NCBI RefSeq assembly: GCF_006345805.1
Contig: NC_043001.1
Span: 80,724,001 to 80,788,000, forward strand
Source: Octopus sinensis
Taxonomy: Eukaryota
DNA length: 64,000 nucleotides
Reading direction: 5' to 3'
Shown here piece after piece: positions 54,901-64,000 of this stretch. Position 1 is the stretch's first letter. Each line of letters begins with the position of its first letter. A program made the translations under genes and the position numbers. Below the pieces are notes generated by a model that saw nothing but the letters and a program-made list of their open reading frames with translations, searched no databases and was not told where the DNA came from.

Positions 54901-55497
54901 TTTTGGGCATGTTTTAATTCCAGGAACAAGTGTTATTCGTAATGGAGAAGGTTTTTATCACCAAGTTGCATCATACCCAAACACATTGCATCTCTTTGTA
55001 TATCTCTTTTACTCCTCCTATTTTTGTTACTTTATACCTTTATTATTTTTTGTTCATATTTCCCATACCATTCTGTTGCCATTCCACCCAAACCACCACC
55101 TAGACCTCCACCATCACAACCATCTCAAATACCATTAGCACCACCACCACATCCAACACCATCAACACTACTGCCTCCAACATTATCGGCATCACCTCTA
55201 CTTTCACCACTGTTGCCAATGCCTCTACCATCATGTCCACTGCCACAGCCATCACTACCACTGTGTCTACCACCATCACTTCCAATACCATCACCACCTC
55301 CAATACCACCACCCCTTTTATACTCAACCCTGACACAGCTGAAACTTTGTGACAAGATTTCTATTTATTTATTTATTTAAAAAAAAAACAGCAACATATT
55401 AAAGGCAAAGAATAGAGAAACAAGGAACTGATATTAAAAGCAAGACCTCATGAAGATCCAAGAAGCAATTTTATTATTGTTATTATTATTATTATTA

Positions 55498-55529
<32 letters not shown>

Positions 55530-56063
55530 TTCATTATTATTATTATACATTAAAACTTAGATACCCTAACAACATCCTTGGAGAGATATATCCTTGCTGG
55601 AATTTAATCCCAAAACATTAGCCTTTGGGAATCTAAAATTACTGGAGAGGCACTGCATGAATTGAATGGAATAGAAATGGCAACGTTTGGGAGGGTGTAG
55701 AGGAGGATGGTGGGAATTATTATAAGTAAATTTTTGTTTTCCTTTTTATCTTTTTAAAAGTGAGCTCTTTCATAATTGTTTGATAAACGATGCCATTTAG
55801 AAATAAATTTCTCTACCCCACTCTCACTAATAATAAATAAGGCATGGTTTAAATGGAGTTTCTTCAGATAAAATAAAATTTTTTCCTGGAAAAGTAAATA
55901 ACAAAAACAAAAACAACAACAACAGTAATACATCAAATGAATAAGATTTCCTTTTCATATTTTGTTTTTGCCATAGTCATTCCAGAGTATGAATTGCACA
56001 TTGTGTATGTATGTACATATGAATATACATTCTTCTAAATGAGCTGTTAAAATGATAATGACG

Positions 56064-56121
<58 letters not shown>

Positions 56122-56302
56122 ATGTGTGTGTGTGTAATTTTTAATAGTGGAACTTGAAGTAGATAAAGCTAGAAATGATAACATGTGGAATGTTGATTGA
56201 GAAAAGAAACTTTGGATAAAGTATAAAGATATCCATTGGACTTCATATTTCTCAAAATCTCTGAATCCTAATAATATATGTGTATCATAATGTGTGTCTC
56301 CT

Positions 56303-56372
<70 letters not shown>

Positions 56373-57905
56373 TACATGTATGTAAACATGTAGTAGGTAA
56401 ACAAACATGGCAAAGTTAACTATTTCTTTATAGATTGAAAAATAAATGATTGAACAGTCTTAATCAATTTTGAAACCTTATTGGGTTCTTGTCAAAGGTG
56501 TCTTCATCACTTAACCAATCTCAGAGAATTAAGCTGTCAATACCCTGCTGATATCAACAGCAAATCCAGTAGCTTTAGAGAATTGAAGCTAGTAATTTGC
56601 ATGCTATAAGTATTTAACACTTAATTTAACGCTTCAGCATTCAGATTATTCTGCCTTAAGTAATGCTTATTTACTTAACATTGTTTTGAATTAATCATAC
56701 ATGATGTGATTGTATATTTTTAGTATGTCATTGTCGGTTAGATGTGAGAGGTCAAATCAGGCCAGTTTGAGTTTAAAGCAAATTGAATATTTGGGCCAGA
56801 TATGGCTGGTTTAAATGCTAAGGGTCAATATCAGTGGCCTTTCAATAGGGATCTCAGTCTACACAGAATCATTCCAATACCTACTTTTCTATGCATGGGT
56901 CTGATGAAATTTTGTTGAAGCATTTTCTACCGTTGACACCAACCCTCTCCTATTTCCAAGCAGGAAACATTTTCACAGAAGATGGGAAGCAAATGGTTTC
57001 ACTTGTATGAAGGTGTATGTGTGGGCTTCTTTCTGTTTACCATATCATCTCATAAAGCTTTTGTCAGCATAGGACTATAGTGGTAGACAGTAAGATTTCT
57101 AAGCTTTCCTATGTACACAAGTTGCACAGATTTTAGCTTCTGGAGCAGGATCTAGCTCTGTAGAGATATTCCACTGGTGGTCAGTTGTACTGTATTCTAT
57201 TGTATGAACTTTTCTTTACTAGTTTGAGGATATGGCTAGCTAGATAGATTCTAATTGACCTATGGGGTGAGCAAAAGGAGTGTGAGAATTGTATTCCAAT
57301 GTAAAAAGTTTAGAGGTTACATATCTGTAAGCTTTACACAATGTCTTTTATCACATAGTAGTTTCTGTTTAGTGAACAGTTAATAGGGTTGGTGAAATTG
57401 CAATATTTGGTGAGAGATTGTTCAGTTGATTTATTTAGTTCAGATTTCATTTGTATGTTAGTCTATAATGTATGAATACACACATATTTATAACAAGTCG
57501 TAGCAGTACATTTAAATTCATATATATTTATAAACATGTATACATATACAACAGCCACACACACAAATGCACATATTGTTGTTGATGTCATAAGGATTTA
57601 TTTATAAACTTCTAAAGAATATGAAATAATTCTTTTCTGAATGGTGAAGCTCAAAGCAGATAAAATATTGACAATGGCATCTTTTATATTTTACTTGTTT
57701 CAGTCAGTTGACTGTGGCCATACTGGGGCACTGCTTTGAAGAACTTTTATTTGAATGAATAACCCCAGTACTTCTTTTTTTTAACACTGTTACTTATTCT
57801 ATCAGTCTCTTTTGCTGAACCACTAAGTTAGTGGGATATAAATACACCAACACCAGTTGTCAAGGAACAGTGGGGGACAAACACAGACACATACACACAC
57901 ATACA

Positions 57906-58200
57906 TGAGGGCATATGGCTTAGTGGTTAGAGTGTTGCACTGATGATTGCTAGATTGATTTGTATTCCTAGATAGGGCTGTGTATTGTGTTCTTGGGCAA
58001 AACACTTCATCTCGCATTGCTCTGCGATCACTTTGACACCTGATGCATGGCACACTGTGCACCTATTCAGACAACATCAATTTGAAGAAGAGAGTGAGCT
58101 AATGTGTGGCACAAACATTTGATCACTATAAACCAATCATTTGTGCAAGTCATTTGGCAAAAAGCTGAACACTCATACGTCGTCTTTGATGGGAGAGTCC
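57906..58200 (+). mobile_element. tRNA-derived SINE family D, CpG-decayed
   Basis: Head gggcatatggcttagtggttagagtgttg, CORE-like gtgttcttgggcaaaacactt, 3' end tacgtcgtctttgatgggagagtcc. Confidence 0.7.
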
Positions 58201-59680
58201 ATCATATACACATGCATGACAGGCTTCTTTCAGTTTCCATCTACCAAATCCAATCACAAAGTTTTGATCAGCCTAATGCTACAGTAGAAGACACTTGCCC
58301 AAGGTGTCATGCAATGGGACTGAACCTGGAACTACGTGATTGGGAAAGCAAGCTTCTTACCACACAGCCATGCCTGCACCTATAATAATAATATGGAGTG
58401 CTTGTACATATTTGGTTAATAAAACCTTTTGAATTGAAAAAGAGTTGAAGGCTGCTTGTAGGATGTGAACCTACATCTCCTATTGACTTGACTAGCATGC
58501 TATCAGTGGTAGACTACCTTGTCAGGTTTATAGGATATGTGGCTTTGGGTCCCAAATCCAGACTTCAACTCTTCGATCCATACGGTTATTTAACTCGATT
58601 TTTGTATGCACACATGTATGCTTGTACATATACATATGCACACACGCACACATACTTTGCATTTTTTTCTGCTGCTGTCACAATAAAGCCTCCATGTTTT
58701 TGCTGATTTTTACGTCTTTTTCCACTTAGACTCTCTTATTTCCACATAATGAAATTTGAGAGAAACGTATATTTCTTTTGGTGTCTATTTTATATATACA
58801 TAATATATGTTTTTCTCCCTATTTTTTTATGCTTTATTTTGTTCTCTTTCTACCCCATTCCTTCCACTTCCTTTCTCTCTAGATACTTGTTATATTTTAA
58901 CTTAGTTGCCTGCCTGACCTTGAAATGACAAGAAAACACCCGCCATATTTATTTCTCTTCATTCTCTTTGGCTGTTATTCAATAGTCAGTCATTCAAGTC
59001 TTTAGGAAAAAAAAGAGAAAAAAAAAGCGCAAGAAAAAAATTCACACACATATACACACTGTTATCAGCTGAAGCAGTTTTTGCCAACCAACTAATTGAA
59101 CCAGTCTCCCCTCCCTCCACTCTGAGAAAAAAAAAAAGCAAAAAGAAGAAAAAAAAAAAAGCAGACCATGCAAACAGAAGAGATAAGAGTGAATATATAT
59201 TTTAATGTCACTGATATACCTCCACTAATAATTTTTCTTTCTATATTATTATCATTATTATTTAATATTTTGTGTATTTAGTTAGCATCAAGTTTCCTTT
59301 TGTGTAAGATTATTATTATTACTGTTATTATAATAAAATATCTTTATATTATTCCTTGTACCTGATAATTTTTTTAGTATGATGGATTAGTTTAGCCTGT
59401 GTGTTTGGGGTTGGCATGAATATGAGAAAATTAAGCTATATCATAATAATAATAATAATAATATTAATAATAAGCTTCCTGTTTCTTTTCACTTTTATTA
59501 CTAAGTCTTCTCTGCTTTCTATTTTACCCTTTTGCATTTAAACTGGCTTTATCCAGCTCAGATGTTCTATCCTATGTTCAAACAGCCTCTCACACCTACT
59601 CTACAATGTTATTCTAAAAATAGCCACATCATGGAAATCTTGAAGCTACAAGATGCTGCATGGTTAATTTGAAAAATGTG

Positions 59681-59723
<43 letters not shown>

Positions 59724-60753
59724 TTAAATTGGATATGTAATCTATGTAGGTGTCTTTTCAAAACATTGTTTGCTTTAAAAAGCCACATCAGATGCCATGA
59801 TGGTTCTAAAGTGTAGGTACAGGAGGTGGTCAAACTCTGCATAAGGAGTAGACAACTACCATATATGATATATATATGTATGTGTATTGTGTGTATGTAT
59901 GTATGTATGTATGTATGTATGTGTATTGTGTGTATGTATGTATGTATGTATGTGTATTGTGTGTATGTATGTATGTATATATAGATGTATATATATATGT
60001 GTGTATGTATATATGTATACGTGTGTATATAAGCATGTATGTGCATAGACACAGATATATATGCATATATACACATACACATAATTCGTGGTGGCCTTAT
60101 GCCAATGTAAGAAATTATTACTGGAGATGATGAATTGGCAGAAAGAGTAGAACACAGACTAAAATGCTTTACATTTAGTTTCAGCACTCAAAAAATCTGT
60201 GACCTTGCACTAGTAATGGATGATGTGTTTAGCTATGACCTGCTGCAACTTGAGTTCAAATCCTACTGGAGTCAGCTTTTCCTTTGATCCTTCTAGCACC
60301 AGTTCAGTATTAGATGTGATTTAAATATTTTTAAATAATTAGCATATTCCTCTCAGTTTGTAGTAAAGATCGATGTGCCATCTTCTTTTAGCTGGGAAAG
60401 GGTGAAAAATCTTTCTCTGCTTTGTGGTTGTGGTGGAAGTAGTTGTGTGGTAGACCTTTTCAGAAAGTTTATTCCCTTAGTATTTAAACCCACCATAACC
60501 AGCTCAGATATTCTATCTGTTCTGTGTTCAAACAGGCCTGATCTGTTCTCTCATATATACTCTACTATATCATTCAAAAAATACACAGTTACATAAGTGA
60601 AGTTCTGAGCTACAAGATAATGCATGATTAGTCAATTAAAAACGATGTGTTTAAGTAATTTGAATGGTAAAGGGTTAACTGTTGAAATTGGCATCTTTTA
60701 TTCTGGCCAAGCTCTCAATTTCTTCAAGTATATTTTCGAAAGAAAGGTAAAAG

Positions 60754-60877
60754 TAGAGAGTGAGATACTGCCATCTAGTGTGTTTATTGGAAAAAAAAGA
60801 TGGATGTCAGTGGCCTAGAGAGTGAGATACTGCCATCTAGTGTGTTTATTGGAAAAAAAAGATGGATGTCAGTGGCC
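60754..60877 (+). repeat. Perfect 62-bp tandem duplication, each unit with a CTCF-like motif
   Basis: 60754-60815 is identical to 60816-60877. TACTGCCATCTAGTGT occurs at 60766 and 60828 (reverse complement ACACTAGATGGCAGTA). Confidence 0.9.
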
Positions 60878-61690
60878 TGATTGATGAGTTAGCATGGGCC
60901 TACTCTCAGTATCGTTTTCTAAGTAAGAGGAAAGAAACTGGTAGAGGGCACTTTTGATACCTTTCTTTTTGTGTAGGATTTCTTCTTCAAATTTTCTGAA
61001 TTGTAATATCTTTTATTATACCCTTGTTGTTTCTTTTTTCACTCAACATTTTTTTTTGTGCTCAGTATCTTGGGCTTTTCTAGCCAGTAATAGAAAGCAT
61101 CAGCATCAGCATCATCATCACCGATATCATTGTTCAGTAAATATTTATATAGGACACTGTAAATCAGAATGCATTAATTATCATTATTATTAAGGTAGCA
61201 AGCTAGCAGAATTGTTTGCATACTAGACAAAATGCTTTTAAGCATTACCTATTGCTCTTTACATTCTGAGTTCAAGTGCCACCAAGGTTGACTTGGCTTT
61301 TCATCTTTGCAGGGTCAATAAAAATAAGTACCAGAATTATTATTATTAGATAAATATTTATACGTAGAACGCGTAATTCAGAATACTTTATTGTTATTAT
61401 TATTATTATTGTTACTATTATTATTATTATTAAGGCAGAGAGCTGGCAGAATTGTTAGCGTGCCCAGTAAAATGCTTAGCAGCATTTTGTCCACCTTTAC
61501 ATTCTGTGTTCAAATTCTGCTGTGATTGACTTTGCCTTTCATTCTTTCAGGATCGATCAATAGAGTAAGTACCAGTTAAGTATAGGAGTCAATATAGTTG
61601 ACATTCCCACTCCTCAGAATTGTTGGCCTTGTGTCTTATAGTAGAAAGGATTATTATCATCATTATTATTATTGTATTATCATGAATATT

Positions 61691-61722
61691 AATTAAATGT
61701 TTCTTTTTCTTTGCAGGTAAGT
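61691..61722 (+). other. Recursive splice site (ratchet point) motif: 3' splice site immediately regenerating a 5' splice site
   Basis: Sequence attaaatgtttctttttctttgCAG|GTAAGT: branch-like TTAAT, about 14-nt pyrimidine tract, no other AG for about 65 nt upstream, and a perfect donor at 61717-61722. Confidence 0.6.
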
Positions 61723-61748
61723 ATGGAACAAGTTGAAGTTAAAAACCA
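61717..61748 (+). CDS. Candidate 32-nt RS-exon / alternative start exon (MEQVEVKN-, phase 2 donor)
   Basis: Bounded by the 61715-16 AG and a second donor CCA|GTAAGC at 61749. ATG at 61723, frame open to the donor. Confidence 0.4.
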
Positions 61749-64000
61749 GTAAGCAATGAATTTCTGTTACAATATTTATTTTCTTTCATGATGCAGTGGA
61801 GGGTTTTTTCTTTTTTTTATTATGCTATTAATTTCCTTCAAATGTGTGTACATGTATGCATATATATATATAGTTTACATCCAAAATTTGACAAGTTATG
61901 TGACCATTATATTTCCACATTACTTGAAACTTACCAGTATCACATTTATAAAAGGAAAAAGTGAGTAGGTACTGTATGTATGTGTGTGTAATATTGCTAT
62001 TTTACAACATTTTCGTGGATTAAGAAGTGAATGAATGGTGGTTTTACTTTACAACATGTTGAATTGTATTACATTTTGATATATTGATATCTCTGACAAG
62101 TGAATTGTATCACATTCTCATATATTGATATCTCTTGAGAGCCAACATTCCACCAGTCATATCACACCCAAAGCAACCACATAATGTTGGAGACACCCAC
62201 ACAAGACACCATACACCATCAATGGTACTTTTATGTGTTTACTTGACTTGCTAGAAATAAGTCATATCTTCATCTCATGCCTTGTCAATTTTAAAGATGG
62301 AAAACCACATTGGTATTTGTAATCCTGGATACACTATGCTTATGGTGATTGAATAAAAGGTCATAGCTGGAATGCCTCTGATCATGAATTTACTGTTTCC
62401 TGGTGGACCTTGGCTAAGCTACCAAAACTCTCAATTAAACCCACTACCACCACCATCTCTTGATAATGGTACCATTGAACACACAGTACTATTATACAGC
62501 ATAGAATTTCATCATTACCATACAAGCACTGCAATATCAGTTATCTTTTATTTATGTCAGTACTTGGACTGTGACCATGCTGGGGAACCATATTGAAGGT
62601 TTCTGTTGAATAAACTGCGTCCAGTACTTGTTTGTTTTGTAAGTCTGGTACTTATTCAATGGGTATCTTTTGCCAAACTGCTGAATTATAGGGATGTAAA
62701 CAAACCAACACTAGTTAAGTGGAGGTGGGAAAACACACACACGCACACATATGATAGATGAGGTTCTGTAATTTCTTGCTGAAGAACCTGATCAGATGGT
62801 TTGTTTATATTCAAATGTTTGTGCTGTATGTTAGCTAACTAAGTTCATCAAATCCCCTGCCTGTACAAGTGTAGGGTGTGCCACAGGTCAGATGTTGAAG
62901 TGATAGCAATGTAGCATGAAATGAAGTATTTTGATCAAGAACACAATAGTCTACTTATCCTGGGAATCAAAACCATGATCTGAAGACTGTGAATCCAACA
63001 TCCTTAACCCCTAGGCCATATACCATTTCTCTCTGTCTTTCACATGCACACACACACACTGAGGATCCACAGGTTTTGTCTACCAAATTCACTCACAAGG
63101 TATTAGTTAGCCTGGGGCTATAATAGAAGGCACTTACCCAAAGGTATCGCACTGTGGTACTGAACCCAAAACCATGTGGTTCCAAAGCAAGCTTCTTAGC
63201 CACACAGCCATGCTTGCACCTATTAGCAATATACAATCAATTACACCATGGGACACAACACTTGCAAACCACTTCTCCATGACTATAACTATTTGGAATC
63301 TTCTACACCACATTTTTATTTTGGACACCTACATTTTAATGATATCCATCTATCCATCACTATTCACTATTCCTGTGAGGGCTGTTTGGGCTAGAGTCCT
63401 CAGGCACCTCCTCTGTAGGGTCCTATCAGAAGCAGCTATCATTGGACCTTTCTACTGGACTACCAAGTGTGACCAACTGGAACTATGGATATTATCCAAC
63501 CATTTACTATGGATATAATAGTCCCACCCATGCTAGCATGGAAGACAGACGTTAAACGATGATGATGATGGTAATGTTACTTTCTTCATCTACTCCTTGG
63601 TTGGCTCAGGTTGAAGAATACATCTTGGAAATCTTGCCTGTAACCACAAGCTTGTAGCACCAAAGCTATGATCTCTCAATGCAGGAGAATTAGTAGGCTC
63701 AACTTGGACAGACTCTCTGATCCCAGAGCTGTGTACCCTGTGAAGTAACACTTAGGTAACTTCAGATATCTTTTTGAGGAATCTCCAGTTTTGCCGCTTG
63801 TACTTGCCATTGTATTCTTTAATGATGCATGCTATGTAAAATATTTTAAACCTATCTTTCTATCATTGTTTTCTTCCACCAAGAATTTACAAGAAAAAAT
63901 AATTGTGAGAAAAAGGAAAGAAATCAAAATTCTATTGAAATCCATTGTTCAGTGGTAAAGTAGGAAAAATTTAAACAAACAAGGCTATTTGATTGAGATT

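Noticed and set aside
55560-55900. Possible L1/Tx1-like RT C-terminal remnant (..AWFKW..)
   Set aside because: Too degenerate to support by eye; needs an HMM search.
63590-63831. Minus-strand GC-balanced segment CIIKEYNGKYKRQNWRFLKKISEVT* after a ttttacatAG acceptor
   Set aside because: No recognisable homology, upstream exons would lie outside the window, and it conflicts with the better-supported plus-strand model. It could be a decayed TE or an antisense last exon.

Overview
AT-rich, microsatellite-saturated animal genomic DNA. The repeat families and microsatellite density suggest an Octopus/coleoid cephalopod scaffold (inference). No long ORF is credible: almost the whole supplied ORF track translates microsatellites or repeats. 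The window is mostly intron/intergenic sequence containing tRNA-derived SINEs (here called families A-E), hAT, piggyBac-like, pogo-like and mariner MITEs, two DD37D Tc1/mariner deletion derivatives, an RTE LINE end and a probable Penelope remnant. Beneath the repeats there is a coherent but unproven architecture. (1) A sharp switch at about 38.2 kb from CpG-retaining to CpG-decayed DNA, as expected for invertebrate gene-body methylation. (2) Just upstream, a candidate + strand promoter (36-bp E-box tandem array at 35.66-35.80 kb) and first exon (donor AA|GTGAGT at 36520). (3) About 25 kb downstream, a textbook recursive-splice-site motif (polypyrimidine-CAG|GTAAGT at 61701-61722) followed by a 32-nt RS-exon-like segment with its own ATG. 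That segment ends in the same phase as the candidate first exon, so it could switch N-termini. (4) A possible divergent minus-strand gene (first-exon donor at 32087, low-confidence exons at 7.8, 4.4 and 3.5 kb). Other structures of note are a roughly 200-bp inverted repeat enclosing an exon-like island, two hAT MITEs at the same SINE position, oriented SINE trains and a duplicated CTCF-like motif. All gene calls rest on splice signals only and need RNA-seq.
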